Source of the DNA: Candidatus Iainarchaeum sp.
GTDB lineage: Archaea; Iainarchaeota; Iainarchaeia; Iainarchaeales; JAXPJC01
Direction of reading: 5' to 3'
Length of the DNA: 64,000 nucleotides
Assembly: GCA_016187745.1 (NCBI GenBank)
Contig: JACPJC010000005.1
Span: forward strand, 96,001 to 160,000
Part shown: one piece after another, positions 1-10,382 of the stretch
How the letters are laid out: each line of letters opens with the position of its first letter
How positions within the stretch are numbered: position 1 is the first letter of the stretch
The notes under the pieces: generated by a model
What the model was told of the DNA's origin: nothing
Databases searched by the model: none
What the model saw: the letters and a program-made list of their open reading frames with translations, nothing else
Translations under genes and position numbers: made by a program

Positions 1-1724
1 TGCCTGTGCAGAAGATGCAGGACATTCTGGTCTATCCGAATCCATTGGACTCGAACAGCCCGAAGGTTAAGATGGTTGATGCGGGAAAGGGCAAGCAGAT
101 TGTAAATACTGAAAGGATGAATGCGCTTGCGAACGAGCACAACTCAAGGATGCTCGCAATCCTATTCCCCCTGGGATTTTTTATTTTAAGCTCCTTCATG
201 TGGAGCCTTAAATGGATTTCCGATGTGATATTTGCTGCAACAATAATCCTCGGCGGCATACTCCTTATGGGCTTTGTTGTCGCATCCCAGATGCGCATGC
301 GCTTTTCCCATGAAACCCCGAAACTGCTGATTGACAATTCCGAGAAAAAGACCGCGCCCTTCATTGAGGCGACAGGCTCCCGCGCCGGCTCATTGCTTGG
401 GGATGTTTTGCACGATCCCCTGCAATCCGGGGGCCTTGGAACGCCTGCGCATTTACGAGTAGAACCAGGCGCAATCCACAAGGCAAACGGCGGAGTTCTC
501 TTCCTTGATGAAATTGCAACCCTTTCCCCGAAGGCGCAGCAGGAACTTCTTACTGCAATGCAGGAGAAAAAATATCCAATCACAGGGCAGAGCGAAAATT
601 CCAGCGGCGCAATGGTGCGCACGGAAGCAGTCCCATGCGACTTTGTCCTGGTAGCCGCTGGAAATTACGAGGACTTGCAGAAGGTCCATCCTGCCCTGCG
701 CTCGCGCATAAGGGGCTATGGCTATGAGATTTACATGAACTGGGACATGCCTGACACTGAAGAAAACCGCAAAAAAATAGTGCAATTCATTGCGCAGGAG
801 ATAAAAAAGGACGGAAGGATTCCTGCGTTCAGCAGGGATGCCGCAGAAGCGATCATATTTGAGGCAAGAAGGCGCGCAACAAAGAAAAACACATTAACCC
901 TGAAACTGCGCGATTTGGGCGGGCTGATTCGCGCCTCAGGCGACATTGCAGCCGCAAAGCAGCACAAGATTGTAGTTCCGGAAGATTTGCAGGAAGCAAA
1001 AATTTCAGCAAAAACACTTGAGCAGCAGATTGCAGGCAAGATAATTGAGGACAGGAAGGCCTATGAGGTTTATTTCACCCAGGGAACCGCAGTCGGAAGG
1101 GTCAACGGGCTTGCGGTTTCAGGCGAGGGCGACGCCGGGCTTGTGCTTCCAATTGAAGCCGAGATTGCGCCCGCGGCAAGCAAATCCGAGGGAAAACTGA
1201 TTGCAACAGGAAAGTTGGGGGAGATTGCAAAGGAAGCGGTCCAGAACGTTTCCGCCTTAATTAAAAAGCTTTCAGGAAAGGATGTGAGCAAATATGATTT
1301 GCATATCCAGTTTTTGCAGACCTATGAGGGGGTTGAGGGGGACTCGGCAAGCATTTCCGTGGCAACAGCGGTAATTTCGGCCCTTGAGGGAATTCCAATA
1401 AAGCAGAATCTTGCAATGACCGGCTCGCTTTCAGTAAGGGGGGAAGTCCTTCCTGTTGCCGGAATCACAGCAAAGGTGCAGGCGGCAATCAAGGCGGGGT
1501 TCTCGGAAGTAATAATTCCCAAGGCAAACCTTGAGGATGTTGTTCTTGGAAAAAAGGAATTGCAGAATATAAGAATAATCCCTGTGAGCACGCTGAGCGA
1601 TGTCCTGTCCAATGCATTTGAAAAATCAGGCGCAAAAGTCAAATTGCTGTCCAATCTGAAAAAGATTATCGAACTGCACATTCCTGTTGCGGGAATCGGG
1701 AAAATCTCCCGCGCAGGCGCCTAG
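1..1724 (+). CDS. lonB: Archaeal membrane-bound ATP-dependent Lon protease (LonB), 5'-truncated by window edge
   Basis: Two-TM insert within the AAA+ domain, GGLGTPAH, Walker B LFLDEI, protease motif EGDSAS with downstream Lys. Confidence 0.95.
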   Translation, partial: PVQKMQDILVYPNPLDSNSPKVKMVDAGKGKQIVNTERMNALANEHNSRMLAILFPLGFFILSSFMWSLKWISDVIFAATIILGGILLMGFVVASQMRMRFSHETPKLLIDNSEKKTAPFIEATGSRAGSLLGDVLHDPLQSGGLGTPAHLRVEPGAIHKANGGVLFLDEIATLSPKAQQELLTAMQEKKYPITGQSENSSGAMVRTEAVPCDFVLVAAGNYEDLQKVHPALRSRIRGYGYEIYMNWDMPDTEENRKKIVQFIAQEIKKDGRIPAFSRDAAEAIIFEARRRATKKNTLTLKLRDLGGLIRASGDIAAAKQHKIVVPEDLQEAKISAKTLEQQIAGKIIEDRKAYEVYFTQGTAVGRVNGLAVSGEGDAGLVLPIEAEIAPAASKSEGKLIATGKLGEIAKEAVQNVSALIKKLSGKDVSKYDLHIQFLQTYEGVEGDSASISVATAVISALEGIPIKQNLAMTGSLSVRGEVLPVAGITAKVQAAIKAGFSEVIIPKANLEDVVLGKKELQNIRIIPVSTLSDVLSNAFEKSGAKVKLLSNLKKIIELHIPVAGIGKISRAGA

Positions 1725-2950
1725 GCAGCAACTATCACTTTGTCAATGCCTATTGTAAGGTCCTTCTTCCTGAGCTTTACTGCTTCCTTTTCCTTCAGGG
1801 GAATGTATTCAACAACATCCCTGCTTGCGGAGATTGAGGTAACCCTTCCAAGCCATTTCCCTTCCCTGCTGTATACGGGAAGGCCAACAAGCAGCCTTGT
1901 TATCTTCCCGCGCACATCAAATACCGATGAAACGTAATACGCAAGTATTGCGGCTCCGAAGCTAACTATTACCACAAAGAGGAAGAGGTTGAGGTCTGCG
2001 ACCCCCACAAACACATTCCTGCCTGAATCAAGTATGAGCCATATGATCGCGACATACACTATTGAAAGGAAGTATTTTCTTAGCATATATGCCATGCGGA
2101 AATGCACGGCATCAACGCTTTTTGCAAGCGCGAATGAAATTGCGGAGAGCATTGTGAAATTCACGACCTGCATAATCGCATCAACAGTCCTCGCAATGAT
2201 ATCCGCAGTCTTCTCCCCTGTAATGAATTCAGTATATCCTGAATAAATTCCGAACACAAACAGCAGTATTACCGCAATGTAAAGCGGGAATGAGGTCCTC
2301 TGCACTGAAATTGAGGATGTAACGCTCCTTATTGTGGACAGTGCAGCATCATAAATCCCAAATCCGTAAAGAAGAAGGAACGCGCCTATCCCTCCAACGG
2401 CCAGCTGCAGGCCGATGTTCGGAAGCGAGGCAATCAGCAGAAGTATTATCCCCGGGATTCCGAAAACAATGAGCGCGAGCGTAGGGTCCTTAATTGCCTC
2501 CTTTATTGCATAATAAGTCCCCTCAATCTCCTTCGCCTGCTTTATTATTACGGTTTCCTTTGAGATTATTTTTGCCCTGCTCTGGAGTATGGGGATTATC
2601 TGGTCGTCTTCCGCCCCGTCTGTAACGAGCACAAAGCCCTCCGCATGGAACTTTTCAAGGAAAGCATCAAGCTGCTCATTCAGCCTCTTGTCTGATTCAA
2701 AATCGGATTTCCCATAGCCCGTAAGCGTTGCAATCTCAACATTCGCATAGTGCTTTTTTACCTCGTCAAATTTCCTTACCGCAGCGAACATGCAGTTCGC
2801 ATCGCTTTCCTCCGGGTCCGCAACAGCAAGCTTTGCAGCCGCCTTGAGGTTTTCCTTCCTCCCTATCACAGGGCCTTCAACATTCGCCTTCCTGCCCAAA
2901 TCATTGTCCCTGTCGGCGCAAAGCACCGCAACATTCTGTATTTTAGCCAT
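1721..2950 (-). CDS. DUF373 family membrane protein with C-terminal PRC-barrel-like segment
   Basis: N-terminal [27 protein letters not shown], then multiple TM helices, then [17 protein letters not shown]. Confidence 0.8.
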   Translation of the reverse strand: MAKIQNVAVLCADRDNDLGRKANVEGPVIGRKENLKAAAKLAVADPEESDANCMFAAVRKFDEVKKHYANVEIATLTGYGKSDFESDKRLNEQLDAFLEKFHAEGFVLVTDGAEDDQIIPILQSRAKIISKETVIIKQAKEIEGTYYAIKEAIKDPTLALIVFGIPGIILLLIASLPNIGLQLAVGGIGAFLLLYGFGIYDAALSTIRSVTSSISVQRTSFPLYIAVILLFVFGIYSGYTEFITGEKTADIIARTVDAIMQVVNFTMLSAISFALAKSVDAVHFRMAYMLRKYFLSIVYVAIIWLILDSGRNVFVGVADLNLFLFVVIVSFGAAILAYYVSSVFDVRGKITRLLVGLPVYSREGKWLGRVTSISASRDVVEYIPLKEKEAVKLRKKDLTIGIDKVIVAA

Positions 2951-3029
2951 GACCTTCAGCCCGCCTGTATTTATATAGGGGTAAATAATTAATAATAGCT
3001 GCTTAATATATATTTACTATACAGGGAAA

Positions 3030-4058
3030 GTGGAAAAAATGCAGAATTCGGCAATGAAGCAGATTGTGTTTGGCGCCTTGCTAATTCTGGCAATACTTGC
3101 GGTATATGCTGCAATTTCCCTTGCAAGCATATGGGCGCAGTATGTCATATGGGCGCTCATAATTGCGGCATTCCTGCTTCTGATATGGAAGTTTGATTTC
3201 ATCCTGATGCTCAAGGATTACGAGCGCTCTGTGATATTCCGCTTCGGAAAAATTCATAGGGTAGGAGGCCCTGGCTGGTGCATTATCCTACCGGGCATTG
3301 AGCAGTCAAACTATGTTGACCTGCGTGTGCACACAATTGACATTCCGAGGCAGGATGTTGTTACGCGCGATAAAATAGAATTGAACATTGATGCTGTAAT
3401 TTACCTTGCGGTGAAGAAGGACAAGCAGAGCGTGATAAATTCCGTTGTGGCGGTAAAGGACTACAGGACCGCAGCAACAGATTATGCGATTGCCACATTG
3501 CGTGATGTCATGGGCGGGATGGACCTGAGCGAAGTGCTTGTGAATATTGAAGGCATAAACCGCCAGCTGAAGGAAATGCTTGAGAAAATTTCCGAGGGCT
3601 GGGGAGTAAGCGTTGATGCCGTGCAGATCAAGGACATAAACATCCCGAAAACTGTAATTGAGGCAATGCACGCCGAAAAGGCTGCGGAGCAGGAAAAGCT
3701 CGCGCGCATGGAAAGGGCAAAGGCCCAGCAGGCCGAAATAGATGCGGTAAAGGAATCCGCCGCAGGGCTTTCGGAAAATGCGCTTTCCTATTATTATATC
3801 CGCGCGCTTGAAAAGATGGCCGAAGGCCAGAGCACGAAATTCATCTTTCCCATGGAACTGAGCGGATTAGCATCAGCGCTTTCAGGAAAAATAGGCATTT
3901 CAAAGGGCTCGGGGGGAATTACCATTGCGCCGGAAACCCTCTCACAGCTTGCCCCGCTCCTGAAATCCCTGCAGAAGGGCAGATCCAAGGCAAAAGTAAA
4001 AAGAACAAAAAGGGCAAAAGCGAAAAAGCGCAAAAAGGCGGGAAATAAAAATAAGTAG
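3030..4058 (+). CDS. SPFH/band 7 (stomatin-like) protein with Lys-rich C-terminal tail
   Basis: YERSVIFRFGK..GPG..VDLR..QDVVTRD stomatin pattern. Confidence 0.9.
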   Translation: MEKMQNSAMKQIVFGALLILAILAVYAAISLASIWAQYVIWALIIAAFLLLIWKFDFILMLKDYERSVIFRFGKIHRVGGPGWCIILPGIEQSNYVDLRVHTIDIPRQDVVTRDKIELNIDAVIYLAVKKDKQSVINSVVAVKDYRTAATDYAIATLRDVMGGMDLSEVLVNIEGINRQLKEMLEKISEGWGVSVDAVQIKDINIPKTVIEAMHAEKAAEQEKLARMERAKAQQAEIDAVKESAAGLSENALSYYYIRALEKMAEGQSTKFIFPMELSGLASALSGKIGISKGSGGITIAPETLSQLAPLLKSLQKGRSKAKVKRTKRAKAKKRKKAGNKNK

Positions 4059-5375
4059 TCAGGCAAATAATTCTAATGTCTTCTGCTCTTTGCTTTTTCT
4101 ATAATTTTTTCCATATCTTCCCGTAAATTCGCCATTCTCTTTTCTTTCTTTAAAGGTTTTCATTACAAAATGCCTTGATATTTCTTCATTTGCGCAATCT
4201 ATTTCTTCCCTAAAATTTCTCGCTCTTTTTTCCGCAAGTTTAGCATACTCTTGAGAAATTTCAATCCCCAAATAATCATGCCCCAATATTTTTGCAGCAG
4301 CTAATGTTGTTCCGCTTCCGCAATAAGGGTCAATTATTAATCCTCGTTTATCATCCATAACAGAATAAATAGCTCTTACGGGCAGTGCCAGTGGAAAGGG
4401 GGCAGGATGCAGGTTATTCTGCTCAGGCGAAAACCTCCATATTGAGCTCAGAAGAGCGTGTTTTGATTTTAATTCTTCCCCTATAAGATCATTACCCTGC
4501 GGCTTGTAAAGCCAATAAATTCTTTCTTCTACCTGCCAGAACCTCCAGCCCCTTATGTTTGCAGCAATCATCCTGTCCCAAATAATTTCCTGTCGCATTT
4601 CCCACTTTGTTTTTTTCAGCCAGTCAATGGGATGGAGCATTTTCCCTTTTTCCCATCTAACTTTGTGGTTGTAAAAGAAGGATCCACCTGTTTTAGCAAC
4701 CCTAAACAACTCATTTAAAACTTCTATTTGATTTTTTTGATATACATCCTCTGCTTTGTACTGCTCCAGCTTCTCCCTATTCAAAAGATAAACAGTCCTA
4801 AGATTTCTGCAGTCTATAAAATATTTGTAATCAAAATTCGCACTTCTTAGATATTGGCCGCTCATGTCTTTTCCACCTTTAAATCTGTGATGCAATTGCT
4901 CTTCCAAACGTTTTGTAAAAGTATTGTAGTTAAAAGGAAATTCAAGTATGTAAATAAGCTTGCCGTCAACAAAGCCGCTTATCAGCATATTCAGGTTTTT
5001 TTCTTTTTTGTCTTTTTTCAGCCTGGCAAAAGTATAATCTGTAAAGTTTCCTCCGCCATTGAGTTTTCTTAATGGTTTTGAATTAGTATCCACATTTTTT
5101 GGTTTTGCTTCGCACATTATAGTTTTTCCTGAAACAAAAGAATCCTGCTTAAAGCCATTATATCCTATTTTGCCTTCTTTGTGCTTGTAGCCTGCAATAT
5201 TAACCGTTATAAATTCCCTGATTGTTGATGAATTTTTGTCATTTATATACATTGTAAGCAGGTCATTTAGCATTCCAATTAGAACATCTTTTGATTTTCC
5301 TAAAATATAACTATTTAGTTCTTCATGGCTTCCAGTAGAGTATATCTTAATCACATTAATTAGCTCTTGATTCAT
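4059..5375 (-). pseudogene. Probable deletion fusion of a type II restriction endonuclease-like N-terminus with an N4/N6 DNA methyltransferase C-terminal part lacking the catalytic (S/D)PPY motif
   Basis: C-half has HPAPFP and DPYCGSGTT but no PPY anywhere; N-half has EAKPKN..LNGGGNFTD; visibly AT-richer than flanks. Confidence 0.6.
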
Positions 5376-5436
5376 AATCTATTAATTATATGCAAAGATA
5401 ATTTAAATAACTTTTGGGAGCAGATTTCCGCTGAAA

Positions 5437-6324
5437 TTATCCCGCAACTATTATCCATGCCTCAATGAGCGCGCCCAACAGCAAAATCGCATATGCAAGC
5501 GCTATAAGCACAAGCACATCCTTCGCAATTATTTCAAATTCGAATTTATGGTAGGATTTTTTTGAAATTGCAGCGCTTATTATGCCCCCTGCAATTGCGC
5601 CTATGAAATACGCGATGAATTCGGGAATCCCGTGCGGCAGCAGCCCGACAACAATCAGCATTCCCGAAAGCACATCGCTCCTGAGCATTTCCTTCCCCAC
5701 TACAACCCCGATGAAGCTCCCGTTCCACGCAAGCAGGAAGATTGCGCCCGCGCCGAAAATGAATGAGAACAATACCGCCAGCCCGAACACCGAGGCGTTG
5801 TTGGTAAATATCAGCAGGAACACATCAACAAAGTTCGCGCCCCCCCCTCCTATTGCATCAGTGGCCTTTCCTGTTGCAATGCCCTGCCTTATGCTCTGGA
5901 ACGCACTGAATGTATTTTCCTGCTCCCTGAATACCTTCTCCTTTGCGGGCATTGCCATGCATATTCCCTCCCCAAGGCAAAAGGAGGCCTCCTTCTGCGG
6001 AAGAACAACATACCACATGCTGTAGCTGAATATCAATCCGATCAAAAACCAGGAGTAAATCGCAATTATGTCAAAATGCCTCTCAATGAATGTTGCCGCT
6101 TTCCCCGGATGCGCGGCCTCCTCCTCCTCTTCCACAGTGAAAAGCGAGAACATGACCGGCATCATTCCTATTGTTACGAATGCCAGGCTCAGGATGCTCG
6201 AGCTCTCAGGGAACGTAAAATAGCTCACCCAGATGCTTATGCTTGAGAATGCAATGCTCAGGAACAGTATGTAAAGGGGATGCCTCCTTATTTGCGCCTC
6301 TCCAAGGATTGATTCAAACACCAT
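5437..6324 (-). CDS. SpoIIM/DUF95-like integral membrane protein
   Basis: IFTNN..LLAWNG..LLPHGIPE..GALIEA; ATG start at 6324 preferred. Confidence 0.85.
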   Translation of the reverse strand: MVFESILGEAQIRRHPLYILFLSIAFSSISIWVSYFTFPESSSILSLAFVTIGMMPVMFSLFTVEEEEEAAHPGKAATFIERHFDIIAIYSWFLIGLIFSYSMWYVVLPQKEASFCLGEGICMAMPAKEKVFREQENTFSAFQSIRQGIATGKATDAIGGGGANFVDVFLLIFTNNASVFGLAVLFSFIFGAGAIFLLAWNGSFIGVVVGKEMLRSDVLSGMLIVVGLLPHGIPEFIAYFIGAIAGGIISAAISKKSYHKFEFEIIAKDVLVLIALAYAILLLGALIEAWIIVAG

Positions 6325-6452
6325 TTTCCCATTCCCCAAAAAAACCGCAAAACCAATAATTTAAATAGGTTTCTGGGTTAATATAATTATTGTTTTATTT
6401 CCGTTTAAGGAAGGCATCGGAAACTCAGTTTCTGATTTTTGATGGTTAAAAA

Positions 6453-7019
6453 ATGGACAGCAGAATAGTTTTTCCCGGGGATTTCCTCACAACAGCGGAG
6501 GAATTTGTCGCGGGCAAAAACACCTACGAGGATGTTTCAGGCAGGATATATGCCGCGACCGTTGGAAGCGCGCAGTTTGACCTTGGCAAGAGGGAAGTGA
6601 GCGTAGAGAAAGACGGGCGGGAGATAGAGCTGCTTGAAGTTGGGGCAATCATTGAGGGCGTTGTTATAATGCTCAAGCCCCAGGCCGCAATAATTGAGAT
6701 TTATGCGGCGGAAAAGGACGGGAGAAAGCTCAACATACAGCAGTCCATCGGCGCAGTTCCCATTTCTCTGGTAAGCAGGGGCTATGTTACAACAATGGAC
6801 ACAAAATTCAGGATCGGGGATTTAATAAGGGCGAAGGTCGAGGTAATAACCGCCTATTCTGTTGACAGCTCAACGGCAGACGCGGAATTGGGGGTCATAA
6901 GGGCATACTGCACCAAGTGCAGGGATGTTCTGGGATTGTTTGATTCGCAGCTCAAGTGCATAAACTGCGGTAATGTAGAGCAGCGCAAGTTCTCAACGCT
7001 TTACACGCTTAAATACTGA
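6453..7019 (+). CDS. csl4: Exosome complex RNA-binding protein Csl4
   Basis: VFPGD..EEF N-domain, S1 domain FRIGDLIRAKV, Zn ribbon CTKC..CINCG..RK. Confidence 0.93.
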   Translation: MDSRIVFPGDFLTTAEEFVAGKNTYEDVSGRIYAATVGSAQFDLGKREVSVEKDGREIELLEVGAIIEGVVIMLKPQAAIIEIYAAEKDGRKLNIQQSIGAVPISLVSRGYVTTMDTKFRIGDLIRAKVEVITAYSVDSSTADAELGVIRAYCTKCRDVLGLFDSQLKCINCGNVEQRKFSTLYTLKY

Positions 7020-7037
7020 ATTTATTGGGGGGAAAAA

Positions 7038-7316
7038 ATGGACCTGGGGCTGATAAGAAAACAGAAAAATCTTCTGGAATTCACAATAAAGGGGGAAAGG
7101 CACACTTTCCCGAATCTGCTGCGCTCTTATCTCCTGAATGACGCGGGAGTTGAATTCGCGGCATACACATTGGCACATCCCATGGACAACGATGCGAAAT
7201 TCATAGTAAGGACAAAGGACTCTGAAACCGCGGAAAAGGCGCTTACAAAGGCGTGCGATGCGATTGATTCGGACTTGGAGGAATTCTCCAAGCAGTTCAG
7301 GAAGGCTGTGAAGTAA
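7038..7316 (+). CDS. rpoL: RNA polymerase subunit L (Rpo11)
   Basis: GERHTFPNLLR..VEFAAY..HP; conserved csl4-rpoL order. Confidence 0.95.
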   Translation: MDLGLIRKQKNLLEFTIKGERHTFPNLLRSYLLNDAGVEFAAYTLAHPMDNDAKFIVRTKDSETAEKALTKACDAIDSDLEEFSKQFRKAVK

Positions 7317-7328
7317 AAGGCTTATTTT

Positions 7329-7904
7329 ATGCAGAATGTCTTGCTGAAACCCAATTTCCGCGTTCTTGCGATTGATGACGGCTCCTTCAGGCCCGGGCAA
7401 AAGCAAAAAATCCCCCTTGTGGGGGTAATTTACAGGATTGACGGCAGGATTGAAGGGATTCTCTCCCAAAAAATTTCCGTTGATGCGCTCGATTGCACTG
7501 AAAAAATAATTGAAATGCTCTCAGGGGGCAAATTCCTTCCGCAGATTTCATTCATTCTCCTTCAGGGAATAAATTTCGCCGGCTTCAACATTGCGGACGT
7601 GAAGAAGCTCAACTCCGTTCTCAAAAAGCCGGTTATAATTGTCTTCAGGAAGTTTCCCGATATGGATGAAATTGAAAATGCGCTGCAAAAATTTCCTGAC
7701 AGGGAAAAAAGGCTCGCGCTGATAAAAAATGCGGGGAAAATCCGCAAAATCAATTCAATCCACTTCCAGTTCATTGGAACCGATGAGCAAACCGCGAGGG
7801 AAGTGATTAAAAAGACCCTGATGCATAGTTTCCTTCCAGAGCCCATAAGGATTGCGCACATGATTGCAAGCGGCATAACCCTTGGGCAATCCACGAGGCC
7901 GTAA
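7329..7904 (+). CDS. DUF99/UPF0215 family (endonuclease V-like fold) protein
   Basis: LAIDDG, GINFAGFNIAD, LPEPIRIAHMIA. Confidence 0.88.
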   Translation: MQNVLLKPNFRVLAIDDGSFRPGQKQKIPLVGVIYRIDGRIEGILSQKISVDALDCTEKIIEMLSGGKFLPQISFILLQGINFAGFNIADVKKLNSVLKKPVIIVFRKFPDMDEIENALQKFPDREKRLALIKNAGKIRKINSIHFQFIGTDEQTAREVIKKTLMHSFLPEPIRIAHMIASGITLGQSTRP

Positions 7905-7905
7905 A

Positions 7906-8652
7906 ATGGAAAAAATATTCTCAAAATTGAAATGGCTTGACCCATTCACATATGTGGATATCCTGTTGGATAAAATAAAGCCCAGGGCGCAGCGCAACAG
8001 ATATCTGGATTGGATTATCTACCTCGCATTCGCGGCGATTTTTGCTTATGCCCTGCTTTTTATTTTCGGCCTTATTCTGGGCACTTCCGCTCCCGGCGTA
8101 ATAGTCCTTTCCGGCAGCATGGAGCCAAGCTTTTACAGGGGCGATATAATAATACTCCAAGGCGCGGATGCAGAAAACATAAAAGGCCAGGATGTTTATT
8201 TCCCCGGAATAAGCACGCTCAAGGGAAAAATGCTGGAAGAAATCGCAGAAGTTGATTATGAAAAGCAGAAAATAATTTTTGCAAATGGCGCCGAAGTAAA
8301 AATCAACAAAGAGGGGGATGTGATTGTTTATAACTCCCAATACTACCCCGAGCCCATAATCCACAGGGTGATTGCAAAAGTCCATGTTTCTGACGGCACA
8401 TATTTCATTACAAAGGGCGACAACCCGAAAACAAACTGGTTTGTTGACCAGGCCTGCGGCAATGTTGTTTTTGGCTATGTTCCGGGAACTGACCTCATAA
8501 CAATAACCTCCATTGAAAGCGCATGCATAACCCCCTACCTCCCAAGCGAGAATGAAATTGAAGGGAAGATGATTGGGAAAATCCCCCTCCTCGGGTGGGT
8601 CAAGCTGATTCCCTTTGATGAAATCCCAAAACTGCTTGGATTGAAGAAATAG
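7906..8652 (+). CDS. Signal peptidase I, Sec11-type
   Basis: TM, then SGSMEP..GD, IIHRV, TKGDN. Confidence 0.9.
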   Translation: MEKIFSKLKWLDPFTYVDILLDKIKPRAQRNRYLDWIIYLAFAAIFAYALLFIFGLILGTSAPGVIVLSGSMEPSFYRGDIIILQGADAENIKGQDVYFPGISTLKGKMLEEIAEVDYEKQKIIFANGAEVKINKEGDVIVYNSQYYPEPIIHRVIAKVHVSDGTYFITKGDNPKTNWFVDQACGNVVFGYVPGTDLITITSIESACITPYLPSENEIEGKMIGKIPLLGWVKLIPFDEIPKLLGLKK

Positions 8653-8664
8653 CCCTATTGCGAC

Positions 8665-8736
8665 ATATTCGCTGATAAGCGTAAAAATAGAAAGGCTTAA
8701 ATATTGGTTGCATCCATTATTTATTGTGAAAAATTG
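8665..8736 (+). promoter_or_regulatory. Upstream block with TATA-like CTTAAATA and GTGA-type RBS, duplicated at 60316-60387
   Basis: atattcgctgataagcgtaaaaatagaaaggcttaaatattggttgcatcca aligns with atattcggcaataatcgtaaaaatagaaatgtttaaatactgcttgcataca. Confidence 0.75.
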
Positions 8737-9510
8737 ACAATAGCAAGAGTTCTTGTTTTTGGGAATGTGCAGGGCGTCGGCTTCCGCGCATATGTTGAGC
8801 AGGTAGCAAGAGGCATGCAGATCAATGGCTTTATAAGAAACCTTGATGACGGCACAGTAGAAATTTATGTGAAGACCCAAAAACAAAAAATAAATGCCTT
8901 TGCCAAAAGAATAAACCTTCAAGAAGACCATTCAGATCCTTTTTCTTTGCATGTTACAAAAATCGAAGTTGCATTTGAGTCTGACAGAAGATTCATAAAA
9001 CCAAATAGAAAACTTGGGAGATTTGAGATAGATTACGGAGAAGAGGCAGATATGCAGAAAGAAATGGTAAAAAAGGCGGGCATTGCAACATGGATGATGC
9101 GCTCCTTAGTATCAAAGACGGATTCATTAGTATCAAAAACCGACTCGCTTAAGTCTGAAACTAAAACATTCAGAAAAGAAACCTCCCATAATTTCAAACG
9201 GCTCGAATCTACTCTCGGCGGCAAAACAGACTCTTTCAGGAAAGAAACATCCAATAACTTCAAAAGGCTTGAAAATACGCTAGGTGGAAAAACAGACTCA
9301 TTAAGAAAAGAAACTTCCTGCAATTTCAAACGGCTCGAATCTACTTTAGGCGGCAAAACAGACTTTTTCCGAAAAGAAACCTCTGATAATTTCAGCAAGC
9401 TGGATGGCAAATATGGCAGTATTTCAAAAGCAATGGGCAGCATAAATGGGAATATAACAAAAAATAACAAACTTCTTTCTAAAATTGCAGGAGTGCTCAG
9501 CAGGGCATAA
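8734..9510 (+). CDS. Acylphosphatase domain fused to 7-aa and 22-aa amphipathic repeats (paralog A)
   Basis: GNVQGVGFR..GFIRNLDDGTVE; TTG start inferred from alignment with paralog C. Confidence 0.85.
   Translation: MTIARVLVFGNVQGVGFRAYVEQVARGMQINGFIRNLDDGTVEIYVKTQKQKINAFAKRINLQEDHSDPFSLHVTKIEVAFESDRRFIKPNRKLGRFEIDYGEEADMQKEMVKKAGIATWMMRSLVSKTDSLVSKTDSLKSETKTFRKETSHNFKRLESTLGGKTDSFRKETSNNFKRLENTLGGKTDSLRKETSCNFKRLESTLGGKTDFFRKETSDNFSKLDGKYGSISKAMGSINGNITKNNKLLSKIAGVLSRA
9103..9400 (+). repeat. Intragenic tandem repeats: 21-bp (SLVSKTD) x2, then ~66-bp (KTDSxRKETSxNFKRLExTLGG) x~3.5
   Basis: Visible in both DNA and protein; aatttcaaacggctcgaatctact is identical in copies 1 and 3. Confidence 0.9.
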
Positions 9511-9579
9511 TTTCTCCGGTGCTTTCGGATTAGGCAACTCCCTTAAAAATATTCGCTTGCTGAATTTATATGTGGGAGC

Positions 9580-10326
9580 ATGAAACTTGTTTTTTCAGAC
9601 GCGCTTGCCTTCAAAAAGGCAGTTGATGCAATTGCGGTCCTTATTGATGAGGCTGAATTCGTAATAACCCAGACAGGCCTCACGCTTAAGGCAACAGACC
9701 CCAGCCAGATAAGCATGATTGATTTTTCCCTTGGAAGGGAAGCATTCAAGGAATACAATCTTTCCGAGCCCGCAAAAATCGGCCTCGATCTGGAATATCT
9801 CTCAGGGATTTTAGGCAGGGCAAAGTCCGGGGACGAGCTTACAATAAGCATGGATGAGAAGCAGGCGCGCCTTGAAGTGCTTTTGAAGGGCGCATCAGCA
9901 AGGAAATTTTCCGTTCCGCTCATTGACATTTCCTCGCAGGAGCTTCCAAACCCGAAAATTGAGTTTGATGCAGAGCTTAAAGTAAGGGCGGACATCCTGC
10001 AGGACGCATTGAAGGACGCCTCGCTTATAGGAAGCCATATAACGCTTGGCGCAGATGCGGAGAAATTCTTTGTAAAGGCAACAAGCAGCAAGGGCGAACT
10101 GAACAATGAAACCCCGAAAACCGACAAGGCAATAGTGCAGGAATTCTCGGTAAAAAAAGAATGCAGCGCAATGTTCCCTCTTGATTATATGCAATATATG
10201 CTGAAAGCCGCAGACTCCTCAACAATCGCAGGAATAAACATAAAAGCAAGCGCGCCGATAAAAATCGCATACAAAATCGGAAGCGCAAACATCTGCTACT
10301 ACCTCGCCCCGCGCATAGAAGGCTGA
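9580..10326 (+). CDS. pcn: PCNA sliding clamp, copy 1
   Basis: KATDPSQISMID, IGLDL, C-terminal YYLAPRIE. Confidence 0.95.
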   Translation: MKLVFSDALAFKKAVDAIAVLIDEAEFVITQTGLTLKATDPSQISMIDFSLGREAFKEYNLSEPAKIGLDLEYLSGILGRAKSGDELTISMDEKQARLEVLLKGASARKFSVPLIDISSQELPNPKIEFDAELKVRADILQDALKDASLIGSHITLGADAEKFFVKATSSKGELNNETPKTDKAIVQEFSVKKECSAMFPLDYMQYMLKAADSSTIAGINIKASAPIKIAYKIGSANICYYLAPRIEG

Positions 10327-10382
10327 CTGCTTTAAATAACAAAAAGACATTTAAACCCTACGGCTGTTAATTTCTATTGGTA

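Noticed and set aside
7921-8931. 336-aa minus-strand ORF
   Set aside because: Shadow of signal peptidase and acylphosphatase; no motif
9103-9400. Tandem repeats as a CRISPR array or DGR variable region
   Set aside because: They are in-frame coding repeats with no unique spacers, and no cas gene or reverse transcriptase is in the window
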